The notes under the pieces: generated by a model
The model's input: only the letters and a program-made list of their open reading frames with translations
The model's database searches: none
What the model was told of the DNA's origin: nothing
Program-made: the position numbers and the translations under genes
In this document: positions 29,306 to 37,508 of the stretch, one piece after another
Layout of the letters: every line of letters starts with the position of its first letter
Numbering within the stretch: the stretch's first letter is position 1
Virus record (IMG/VR): IMGVR_UViG_3300000530_000014
Span: 4,968 to 68,967 of that record
Strand: one strand, 5' to 3'
Length of the DNA: 64,000 bases
Origin: a virus

Positions 29306-29819
29306 CTGTGTCTAGATCTGGATTCTGTTGCAGATCGCTGTCTGCGCCAGTCTCGTATGCTTGATCGATGTCTTCCATGTCTACTGTACCTGATTCTAAT
29401 TCTAGCGCACCTTGTTTGATATCGTGCATGAGTTTTTTAGGCATGATGATTTCTACTAACCAAATTGGAGTATCAGTTAATCTCGGTACTCGAGTACCAG
29501 GTCTAAAATCTGTAGGATGTCTAACTTGTACTGGATGTTTAAAAAAATCCTGTCGATAGTTGACTTCGCAATCGTAGTCACTTAGACGTACGGCACCGCG
29601 TGGGTCCGGCATCTTAGCATAAGGCCACATGAATGTGCAACCTACAAAATATTTTTCATAATCGGGGCCTTTGACCAATTCCCCTGATTTCCAATTGGCA
29701 AATGAGTACAGATCCAGTTCATCTAGTACACGTTCAAAATCCATGAGAGAATCCACAACCGAATCGGTCATGAATATCTTTTTTGTATTGTCTAATAAAT
29801 CTTTAATATTTGCAGGCAT
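29289..29819 (-). CDS. hypothetical protein
   Basis: 176 aa, TAAATA 8 nt upstream of ATG. Confidence 0.65.
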   Translation of the reverse strand: MPANIKDLLDNTKKIFMTDSVVDSLMDFERVLDELDLYSFANWKSGELVKGPDYEKYFVGCTFMWPYAKMPDPRGAVRLSDYDCEVNYRQDFFKHPVQVRHPTDFRPGTRVPRLTDTPIWLVEIIMPKKLMHDIKQGALELESGTVDMEDIDQAYETGADSDLQQNPDLDTGEENA

Positions 29820-29865
29820 AGTAATATTATTTATCTAGAGTCTTTATTATGCATGATAGTAAATG

Positions 29866-30513
29866 TTAAGGATTTCCTATTAGTTTTTCGGGAAATTTAC
29901 TGAAACTAACTTGGAAATTGACCCTTAGCCCCGACATATTTTCTACACTATGTATCACTCTTGTATCTAATAGATACCAACATTTTGCAGGCCCATTAAC
30001 TGATTTGATCAATTTTAGATGCGGTCCTCTGTTGACAGCTAGTCCAGGATCTCTAAAAACTGGATGACCTTCCTCTTGCCAAAAAGATAATGTAGTATTG
30101 CCACCGGTTTCTACATTATATAATAACACATACTTTCTTGTGGTATCTGTGTGTGGAAGTTGCTCGGTATCAAAAAACATAATTCCTGAATTATAATCAT
30201 CGAATTCGTCAATGATATTTTCACGGACCCAGTTTTCATATTCACTGGTAAATCTATGCCTGACATTTGGATTTGACGCCATTGGCTTTATCCAATTATA
30301 TTCTTGATTTTTCCAATCTGTCACTGTATCGACCCGCAAATAGTTCTTGTCGTCTTGCTTAAACAGGGGTTGTGCAGGACGATACACTTTATCAATTTTT
30401 TCTACTAGATGATCGGGCGGATGTGGTAAGTGATCTAAAACTATGTAATACCAATCAGTCTGTTGCATTGATGATCTCCTTACCCCAAAATGCAGAATTC
30501 CATAGTCGTTCAT
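29866..30513 (-). CDS. 2OG-Fe(II)/cupin-fold oxygenase-like protein
   Basis: LPHTD (HxD) ... distal IHSV, followed by LRVNFQVSF (conserved Arg). Confidence 0.6.
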   Translation of the reverse strand: MNDYGILHFGVRRSSMQQTDWYYIVLDHLPHPPDHLVEKIDKVYRPAQPLFKQDDKNYLRVDTVTDWKNQEYNWIKPMASNPNVRHRFTSEYENWVRENIIDEFDDYNSGIMFFDTEQLPHTDTTRKYVLLYNVETGGNTTLSFWQEEGHPVFRDPGLAVNRGPHLKLIKSVNGPAKCWYLLDTRVIHSVENMSGLRVNFQVSFSKFPEKLIGNP

Positions 30514-30688
30514 GTAAGAAATACCAGGAAAATACGATAATTAATTCTCCTAACGCCATTTTTGTTGCGAGATGTACATCGCCGTTAAGATACATAGATA
30601 ATGCAAACATAATTGACGATGTAGAAATCCTCCAGGTGATCGCTTTTACAAGGCTGCGTAGTCTAAATTCGTTAAATTTAATAGTCAT
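30455..30688 (-). CDS. DUF2061-like small membrane protein
   Basis: RSLVKAITWR...YFLHERLW signature. Confidence 0.8.
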   Translation of the reverse strand: MTIKFNEFRLRSLVKAITWRISTSSIMFALSMYLNGDVHLATKMALGELIIVFSWYFLHERLWNSAFWGKEIINATD

Positions 30689-30734
30689 AGTTATCCGTTA
30701 AAAAAATAATATAGATTTAATACTTAGTGGTAAG

Positions 30735-30754
30735 AAAAGCCCGCCGAAGCGGGC
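30735..30754 (-). terminator. intrinsic terminator after dctP-like gene
   Basis: GCCCGC-TTCG-GCGGGC-TTTT (UUCG tetraloop). Confidence 0.85.
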
Positions 30755-30764
30755 CTGGAGTTGA

Positions 30765-31709
30765 TTAAGAATTTTTGATTTTAGCTACTAGGCCGTCGGC
30801 AAAGTAGTTGTCGTACATGCTGTAGACTTCGCTAGTAACAGCTTTGAATTTAGCTAGCTCTTCTTCGGACATATGCACAACTTCAACACCTTTGGCTTTG
30901 CATTCTGCTAAGATATTGGGAATATCAGCAACGCTTTCACGACGTTCGGCGCGAGCAGCAACAAAAGCAGCTTTTGCTAGGATGTCCTGCACTTCTGCAG
31001 AGAACTGTGCAAAAAAGTCTTTGTTGACGATGATGCTGGTCAAGAACAGGCTGTGTGCTGTATCGTTGACTACTTTAAAGCTCTTGTATTGGTCTAATGG
31101 GAAAACACGCACATATGTGCTTTCGCCGGCATCAATAACACCTGCATCGGCTGCTTGGTTCATTTCTTCTAGGGCGATGTTTTCAAAGGGTTCTGCACCT
31201 AGCAGTTTAAATGTATCAACTGCCACTGGGCTACGGCTAGTACGAACACGTTGACCGCGCCAGGCTTCTACTGTATCTGCACGGAAGTTAGCAGGAACAA
31301 CACGATATCCACCTGAATATGTAAAGCTCATTGCTTTGATATTAGAGTTGGCACTTACACCTTCTAGCAATGATTGACCAATTTCACCTTCAAGCACACG
31401 ATCGGCATGTGAGTGATCTGTGAAAATAAAAGGTAAATCTAAAGCGTGTAAATCTTTGTTGTAGTCAGCTAACCATGTGGTATAGATGTGGCTCATTTCA
31501 ATAGCACCGCTGTCGATCAATGACATCAAGTCATTTTTTGTGATGCGTTTGCCATCGTTGTATTTGTTAGCATAGTCGGTCAAGCTCAATACTTCGATAT
31601 TGAACATACCGTTGGTTTTTTCGTTTACTTCTTTAGCGAAACGATCAGCTACTTTTAGAAACAAACCAATTGGTTCGTGTGCGATAACCCATTTAACATG
31701 ATGTGTCAT
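30765..31709 (-). CDS. TRAP-transporter DctP-like solute-binding protein lacking signal peptide
   Basis: LDLPFIF, GGYR, RGQRVRT (carboxylate-binding Arg), G..DAGEST, T.HSLF; begins MTHHVKWV with no hydrophobic leader. Confidence 0.85.
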   Translation of the reverse strand: MTHHVKWVIAHEPIGLFLKVADRFAKEVNEKTNGMFNIEVLSLTDYANKYNDGKRITKNDLMSLIDSGAIEMSHIYTTWLADYNKDLHALDLPFIFTDHSHADRVLEGEIGQSLLEGVSANSNIKAMSFTYSGGYRVVPANFRADTVEAWRGQRVRTSRSPVAVDTFKLLGAEPFENIALEEMNQAADAGVIDAGESTYVRVFPLDQYKSFKVVNDTAHSLFLTSIIVNKDFFAQFSAEVQDILAKAAFVAARAERRESVADIPNILAECKAKGVEVVHMSEEELAKFKAVTSEVYSMYDNYFADGLVAKIKNS

Positions 31710-31866
31710 TTTTTATTCCTTTAAAAGTAAAATATTAGTGATTTCGCTAGTAGATACTTCTACGTACGGCTCGGCGTTCTGCATGTTACACAGCAGTAAA
31801 AAGGTATTACCTTAGGCGTCGATTTAGATCCGGCGTCAGAGATGCTGGCGCTGCTAAGATTATTTA
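31710..31866 (-). promoter_or_regulatory. long 5' leader of dctP-like gene: late promoter, short hairpins, four CGCC repeats, possible 36-aa uORF
   Basis: TAAATA at 31866-31861; stems AAGGT/ACCTT, CTGC-TGT/ACA-GCAG, GTAGA/TCTAC; uORF 31870..31760. Confidence 0.5.
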
Positions 31867-31879
31867 TCATTTTTTCACA

Positions 31880-33175
31880 CTAAATTAATATTTGTGTCAA
31901 TTTGCAATCTTTTATTAAATTAATCTTTTCTTTAGGTCTACCAGTCTGTGTTTTATAATCCTTGTTATCAAAAGCCAGTTTAGGTTTAGGTATATTGCAG
32001 GATCCTATGTAATAAAAAGGACTAGTATTAGGAATAAACCCTACTTTTTGTCCCATTTGTTCGGAAAAAAACTTATCATCGATCTTGTCTGTTAAAAATT
32101 TCAATCCGTTCTCCCATACAGTGTAAATCTCGGTTCCCTGCAGGTTAGTGTAAAACCAATGATCCATTTCATTATAAAAACTATTAGTAGGTTTTGCTGT
32201 CTGCCAAGTATCTAGATCATAATCTGGGTAGATTATGCTTTTGACTAACCATTCGTATGCAGTACGATGTTGTATGCTGGTATTGGGGTAAGAAAATAAG
32301 TGCTGTAAATTATGATTTTGTGGTTGCTCAAAATAGTTACGCACCATATGTGCTTGCTTACAGATCATTTCTGGTAAATCGGGAGTCCAGTAGAATAATT
32401 CTGTGGTTATGTTTGTATAGTCACCGACTACCGGGCTTGGATGGTTTGCCTGTACATCCATAAAATATAGATACCAAGCTCCGTTGATGACAGTCAGTTT
32501 AGGTTTATCAACCCCGTATAAAGCGCAGATTTTCTTACCGGTGTCTGCGAGATTTCGCTGTTCTTTATTTCCTAGATTATCATGTTTAATACCGTGCCCG
32601 GGTTGGAACCAATCTCTAGTAGTAAATACCCAAGATTCATCTTTCATGTAATCGTCATTTAGCAGATTCTCGCTGTAGTCGTAAAAAGTAGTCTTGGTCT
32701 CAGGAAAGTTTTCAGAGATCCATTTAAACAACGGTAGTCCGGCAAATTTCCATTCACTGAGTGTATTTTCTGCTTTAGTATTGTAAGGATCATCTGTGAC
32801 CCCTTTGTCAGTTTGTTTAGGGTATCGGAAGATGACTTCATCGAGATGTATGCCATTGAGCAAGAAACTGAATATAGCCGTGGTGCTGTCTCCGCCCCCG
32901 CTGGCTTCAATCCTTATATAATCGTAAGAATCTCTTAATTGTTGTGCTCGTATACGATATAATTCTCTCAGTGACGGTACAGGTTCAATGGACCAATTAA
33001 AACTGGCGAATTCTCGATTATTGAAAATCCATTTTGGATATACATTTAATTCAGTGGCGCGCATTAATGCTGCTGGTTTAGAAAAAAATATTTCGTCGTT
33101 GACTCGGTAATATCCAAGTTTTTTGTTTTCTTCTATCTTCCTATATATAGATTTATCCATTGTTTTTTTACTCAA
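31880..33175 (-). CDS. PP-loop (AANH superfamily) ATP pyrophosphatase-like protein, paralogue 1
   Basis: IEASGGGDS PP-loop; GVDKP; full-length similarity to 33168..34382. Confidence 0.72.
   Translation of the reverse strand: MSKKTMDKSIYRKIEENKKLGYYRVNDEIFFSKPAALMRATELNVYPKWIFNNREFASFNWSIEPVPSLRELYRIRAQQLRDSYDYIRIEASGGGDSTTAIFSFLLNGIHLDEVIFRYPKQTDKGVTDDPYNTKAENTLSEWKFAGLPLFKWISENFPETKTTFYDYSENLLNDDYMKDESWVFTTRDWFQPGHGIKHDNLGNKEQRNLADTGKKICALYGVDKPKLTVINGAWYLYFMDVQANHPSPVVGDYTNITTELFYWTPDLPEMICKQAHMVRNYFEQPQNHNLQHLFSYPNTSIQHRTAYEWLVKSIIYPDYDLDTWQTAKPTNSFYNEMDHWFYTNLQGTEIYTVWENGLKFLTDKIDDKFFSEQMGQKVGFIPNTSPFYYIGSCNIPKPKLAFDNKDYKTQTGRPKEKINLIKDCKLTQILI
32844..32893. repeat. 50-nt exact duplicate of 34063..34112 inside the PP-loop paralogues
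   Basis: agatgtatgccattgagcaagaaactgaatatagccgtggtgctgtctcc occurs at both sites. Confidence 0.9.
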
Positions 33176-34382
33176 ACCTATCTTGTATTTTAACTTTTAT
33201 CATTCTTTCTTTAGCAGGAGTTGCATCTCCGATGCAGTAAAAAGGACTAAGGAAACCTACAAACCCTACAGGTCGTCCTAATTCATAATTAAAATATTTA
33301 GAGTCAATCATGTCTACCAGCAGTTGTTGCCCTGCTAGTTGTTTTTTGTATGCATCTGATTCGGAAAAATTTACTGCGAACCAATGATCCATTTCGTTGT
33401 AAAAACTATTAGTAGGCTTCGCTGTTTGGAAAGTCTGCGGATCGTAATCGGGATATATCAGCGGTTTTACAATCTGTTCATAGGTCGTCCTGTTTGAGAT
33501 ACTGCTGTTTGGCCATCGTAACAGGTACTGTAGATGTTGATTTTCGTGTCTCATGAACCAGTTTCTAATGATATGAGCCTGTTTTTGCGGTATAGCAGGC
33601 AAATCAGCGGTCCAATAAAAGTATTCGATTGATATATTTGTGTATCCTTCAGTTACAGGGTTGCTGTGGTTCGCCTGTAGATCTAGGAAGTATAGATACC
33701 ATTTGTTATCTTTGATACACATCTTAGGTTTATCGATACCATAAAGCACACAGATTTCTCGACCGGTATCAGCTAATTTCCTATGCTCGTTCATACCAAT
33801 TGGATCATGTTTAAATACATGAGCTATTTGGAAATAGTCTTTGCCTTTCAGTACCCAGGTATCATCAAAATCACAGTCTAGTATAAATTCGCTGTAGTCG
33901 TGTATGGTTATTTTAGTCTTAGGATAATTTTTTTCTATCCATTGTAACAAAGGTTTTGCAGCAAACCTAAACTCACTCAAGGTATTTTCCGGTCTAGTGT
34001 CATGAGGATTGTCAGTTACATCTTTTTCGCCTTTGCTTGGATATCTAAAAACAACTTCGTCTAGATGTATGCCATTGAGCAAGAAACTGAATATAGCCGT
34101 GGTGCTGTCTCCACCGCCACTGGCCTCTACTCGTATCCAATCATAGCGATCTCTTAGTTGTTGTGCTCTCTGACGATATAACTCTCTTATGTCGTCGGCT
34201 GGCTCCGTTGCCCAATCTAGCATTCCGAATATATCATTATTAAAATTCCAGTGCGGGAATTGATTAGTCTGTGTCGCTTCTATCAGGGCCTGGGATTTAA
34301 TATAGTGGATACGGTCTCCTACTGTATAAAATCCTAACTTAGGATCTTTTTTAAAATATTTTTCTGTTAAATCAATGGTCAT
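33168..34382 (-). CDS. PP-loop (AANH superfamily) ATP pyrophosphatase-like protein, paralogue 2
   Basis: VEASGGGDS PP-loop; GIDKP. Confidence 0.72.
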   Translation of the reverse strand: MTIDLTEKYFKKDPKLGFYTVGDRIHYIKSQALIEATQTNQFPHWNFNNDIFGMLDWATEPADDIRELYRQRAQQLRDRYDWIRVEASGGGDSTTAIFSFLLNGIHLDEVVFRYPSKGEKDVTDNPHDTRPENTLSEFRFAAKPLLQWIEKNYPKTKITIHDYSEFILDCDFDDTWVLKGKDYFQIAHVFKHDPIGMNEHRKLADTGREICVLYGIDKPKMCIKDNKWYLYFLDLQANHSNPVTEGYTNISIEYFYWTADLPAIPQKQAHIIRNWFMRHENQHLQYLLRWPNSSISNRTTYEQIVKPLIYPDYDPQTFQTAKPTNSFYNEMDHWFAVNFSESDAYKKQLAGQQLLVDMIDSKYFNYELGRPVGFVGFLSPFYCIGDATPAKERMIKVKIQDRFE

Positions 34383-35032
34383 TTACCTAATCTCTGTTGT
34401 CTTGTTGATTGACATCCTGCTAAGACTACATTGTCTAACCAGTGGTTGTCAATATATTTTACATACTTGTGATTAGCATCTTCTGTGATAAATCGAGATA
34501 ATTTTTCAGGATTTGTTTCAACGGGGAATCTTAGCGTCCTGCCTACCCAATTTATATAATGCTCGCGATGCAGGAAAAATGCTTCGTGGTCTAGAAAGTG
34601 CACAGGCAGTCCGCTGGGGATTAATATGTTATAGTAGTAATCCTGTGCAATAGGTGTGGTGTGTTCTTTTCTTACTCTCAACTGCTGTAGCTGATTTATA
34701 TTCTGATCACGTACTATCACAGCTATTTCTACTTCAACTCCGAATAACCGTGCACGTTTGGCTACTTCCAGTATTTTAGGTGTATAGCGCACACCGTCGA
34801 AGAAAAAAGGGCAACTGACATTAGCTAAAAAATATTCGCCATTGGCGAATTTATCGGCGGATAACTTTTCTGGGTCAACCCAGTATTCAGCAAAAGGTTC
34901 TTGATCGCTAGGAACCCAGTATTGATCCTTCAACTCCTCCCATCCCGAGACCTCAGGATGTAGGCTTAATATCCTGCTGAATAAGTGATTTCCTGACCCT
35001 TGGGGACCTGTGATGATCAATAGTTTTTTCAT
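34379..35032 (-). CDS. sulfotransferase/P-loop-fold protein
   Basis: ITGPQGSGNHL N-terminal loop, IVRD motif; paralogous to 35029..35670. Confidence 0.6.
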   Translation of the reverse strand: MKKLLIITGPQGSGNHLFSRILSLHPEVSGWEELKDQYWVPSDQEPFAEYWVDPEKLSADKFANGEYFLANVSCPFFFDGVRYTPKILEVAKRARLFGVEVEIAVIVRDQNINQLQQLRVRKEHTTPIAQDYYYNILIPSGLPVHFLDHEAFFLHREHYINWVGRTLRFPVETNPEKLSRFITEDANHKYVKYIDNHWLDNVVLAGCQSTRQQRLGK

Positions 35033-35670
35033 GGTTTTTGTTTAAAAATATGCCCGTAGTGATTACCTGCATCCAATGGGTTTTCTTCTACATATTTTAT
35101 ATATTTTGCATTGGCATCTTGTTCTAATATTTCATTGATTTTCGGGTTATCGTGCGCTATAGGAATGATCAGATCTAAAGATCTGAGATAGCTTGAACGA
35201 TAAAGATGCAGTAATTCGTAACTAAGGAAACTAGCTATCGGACGTAGATTTTCTAATTCCTCTAAGAACATAGGCAGAGTAGGCTCTGATCTTATCCTAG
35301 TCTGTTGTTTGTGTAAGATATTCTGATCTCTTCCTATGACTGCTATCTGTACCGCTATATCTAATGACATCAGTTGTTGCAGGAATCTTCGTATATCTAG
35401 GCGGTATAAAGGATTTTCCTCTGATCCCGGAATGCCCAACGGAACACTGATACCGGTCACATAATAATCGCTTTGATTCCAATCAAATGTTTTTAATAGT
35501 CCAGGATCGCGCCAGTATTCAGCAAATGGTTCACAGAATCTGTGTGGTTCCCAGTAGTTTTCTAATAGACTACGCCAACCGTATACTTGTGGATGTAGTG
35601 CAAATATCTTGCTCCAAAGATGATTTCCTGCACCCTGTGGTCCTAAAACCACTAGCATTTTTTTCTTCAT
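35029..35670 (-). CDS. sulfotransferase/P-loop-fold protein
   Basis: VLGPQGAGNHL, IGRD, FLSYE, DAN.KYIKY. Confidence 0.6.
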   Translation of the reverse strand: MKKKMLVVLGPQGAGNHLWSKIFALHPQVYGWRSLLENYWEPHRFCEPFAEYWRDPGLLKTFDWNQSDYYVTGISVPLGIPGSEENPLYRLDIRRFLQQLMSLDIAVQIAVIGRDQNILHKQQTRIRSEPTLPMFLEELENLRPIASFLSYELLHLYRSSYLRSLDLIIPIAHDNPKINEILEQDANAKYIKYVEENPLDAGNHYGHIFKQKP

Positions 35671-36341
35671 GCAATAGTTTTTTTAAGTTCTGTTAAAAAC
35701 TTTTGTGTCTGATCAGTGATAATACCGGTTAACTGTAGTGTAACACGAGGATGTTTACCGGCATTAGCGGTACAGTGCGGAACATTACGCCAATCAAAGG
35801 TATGCACTTCACCAGCTTTCCACCCACGATGATGATAGTTACCATACTCCCAAAACTGCCCTGGTTGCCAATCTGTCAGTTGTACAAAATAACGTCCTAC
35901 TAATTCAGGATGACTAGGAAACCATTTGTACAATTTGTCGATGTGTAGGTGGAACAGTTGTCCTGGCATCTGTACATGTATACGTGCCATTGAATCAACT
36001 AAGGCGAACGAATCTGCGATTTTTTGCAAGTTAGGACTTAATGTCCAATCTAGATTGGTTATAGTTACCTTAGGATCTATGCCCAATCTTTCTAGATCGT
36101 ACTCTTCATCTTCTAGTTCAGGCTTAGGTACATCAATTCCTGACCCTTTAAATCCCCGCGTTTCCCAGTTAGCCGGTTTACTACGTGTGATAATCTCTTC
36201 TATGTCAGAGGTAAGGTTAGATACATCAACATTACCTAGGTGTACAACGGTATCCCACCGTGGATCCATGCGATCAACATCAAAGTGATACGCACTTTTT
36301 TCCACCAGTTTGTCCCAGCTGCTTTTACGTTCTTGGCTCAT
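35667..36341 (-). CDS. AspH-like 2OG-Fe(II) oxygenase/cupin
   Basis: FHLHID (HxD) ... VPHCTAN, PRVTLQLTG; start adjusted to MSQERK. Confidence 0.7.
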   Translation of the reverse strand: MSQERKSSWDKLVEKSAYHFDVDRMDPRWDTVVHLGNVDVSNLTSDIEEIITRSKPANWETRGFKGSGIDVPKPELEDEEYDLERLGIDPKVTITNLDWTLSPNLQKIADSFALVDSMARIHVQMPGQLFHLHIDKLYKWFPSHPELVGRYFVQLTDWQPGQFWEYGNYHHRGWKAGEVHTFDWRNVPHCTANAGKHPRVTLQLTGIITDQTQKFLTELKKTIA

Positions 36342-36958
36342 ATGATTTTTACCCCTACATCTGATCTTATATAGTCTTGCTGATATTCCTGTGGAGGTTC
36401 TGTTATGTGTAGCGCACGACAAGCAGATAAATTATCATTGACTATGTAACCGCCATACTGATTCCAGGCTGTTAAGATATCGGCGTTTTGTCGCTTAATA
36501 TGTTCGGCCATGTGTTTTAAATCGATATAGTATTTGTTGTACAGTGGATAGGTGATATCAAAATGTCCGCATTTAACCCACCAACCTAGACAGGCATCGT
36601 CGTCTCTGTGCACTAAAATCACCGGACAGTCGGGCCAGTTTTTCTTTAGAAAGTCAACATGATGTGCAAAAACATGACTTTTGATTATGCGGACACCCGT
36701 GCCTGAGAATGGGCGATCGAATTCCTGCTCACACTCTTCTCGGGTATGTTGATCTAATCGATCAAACCAATCACCAAACTCCATACCTGGATCAAAGTAT
36801 GCGCCTAGATGCATGAGATCTAAGGTTCCCGGCGCATCATGATAATAAGTACGTGCTTCGGAATAATCACTTTGATCGAGGTCGGGACTGTAATAAATGT
36901 TCTTACAGACGCTGCTCCATTTTGATCCTGGGGCGCCTGCGATAAAAATGTATTTCAT
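36338..36958 (-). CDS. sulfotransferase/P-loop-fold protein
   Basis: FIAGAPGSKWS, IIKSH, ILVHRD resemble 5'-PSB, catalytic KSH and 3'-PB elements. Confidence 0.6.
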   Translation of the reverse strand: MKYIFIAGAPGSKWSSVCKNIYYSPDLDQSDYSEARTYYHDAPGTLDLMHLGAYFDPGMEFGDWFDRLDQHTREECEQEFDRPFSGTGVRIIKSHVFAHHVDFLKKNWPDCPVILVHRDDDACLGWWVKCGHFDITYPLYNKYYIDLKHMAEHIKRQNADILTAWNQYGGYIVNDNLSACRALHITEPPQEYQQDYIRSDVGVKII

Positions 36959-36959
36959 A

Positions 36960-37508
36960 TTATCCTCTTAGAAAATCTTCTATTTCTTCTGGTAACCAAG
37001 GTTTAATCATGCGTTCAGGATGCCAGGTAACGCCTGCGATTTTTCCATCTATCCATGATTCGACATTACCGTCGTCATCTAAGGCCAGTATCTTCCCAGA
37101 AGTGTGTATTCGAGAAATAGTTTGATTATGATAACTGTTTACTTCTTGTGCTGACCCACGATACCATATATTATGCACGGTATCTGAGTGTCTGTCAACT
37201 GGTACGACTGATCCACCTAATAGATCTATTAATAAAAAACTTCCATGACAGACACCAATGATAGGTTTTGATTGTTTGAGCATTTCAGCGGAAAGTTTTG
37301 TTTCAACAGTACGACGTAATACGCTGTCGTCGCCGCCGGTGATGATTAATAGATCTATACTATCTGCTAGTTTTTGGAAATCTTGTTTTAAATTGTTTGG
37401 AATAAAAGTAAGCATATGATCCTCGAGATAAGCATACCAGCTTTGATCTAAAGAATCATATGCTCTGTTGCGATGATATAGTATGCGTTGACTCAATCCT
37501 ATTTTCAT
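36960..37508 (-). CDS. class I glutamine amidotransferase / gamma-glutamyl hydrolase (peptidase C26-like)
   Basis: ITGGDD, IGVCHG (nucleophile Cys), VNSYH, WHPE (His-Glu). Confidence 0.88.
   Translation of the reverse strand: MKIGLSQRILYHRNRAYDSLDQSWYAYLEDHMLTFIPNNLKQDFQKLADSIDLLIITGGDDSVLRRTVETKLSAEMLKQSKPIIGVCHGSFLLIDLLGGSVVPVDRHSDTVHNIWYRGSAQEVNSYHNQTISRIHTSGKILALDDDGNVESWIDGKIAGVTWHPERMIKPWLPEEIEDFLRG

Noticed and set aside
31710-31866. Known riboswitch classes (SAM-II/V, guanidine-II, ZTP, glutamine) in the dctP leader
   Set aside because: Their consensus cores were not found by eye; left as an unassigned leader pending cmscan
31880-34382. Assignment of PP-loop proteins as QueC or DndC (7-deazaguanine or phosphorothioate DNA modification)
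   Set aside because: Share only the SGGxDS loop; QueC Zn-Cys motif absent; no queD/queE/folE/dpdA or other dnd genes in the window
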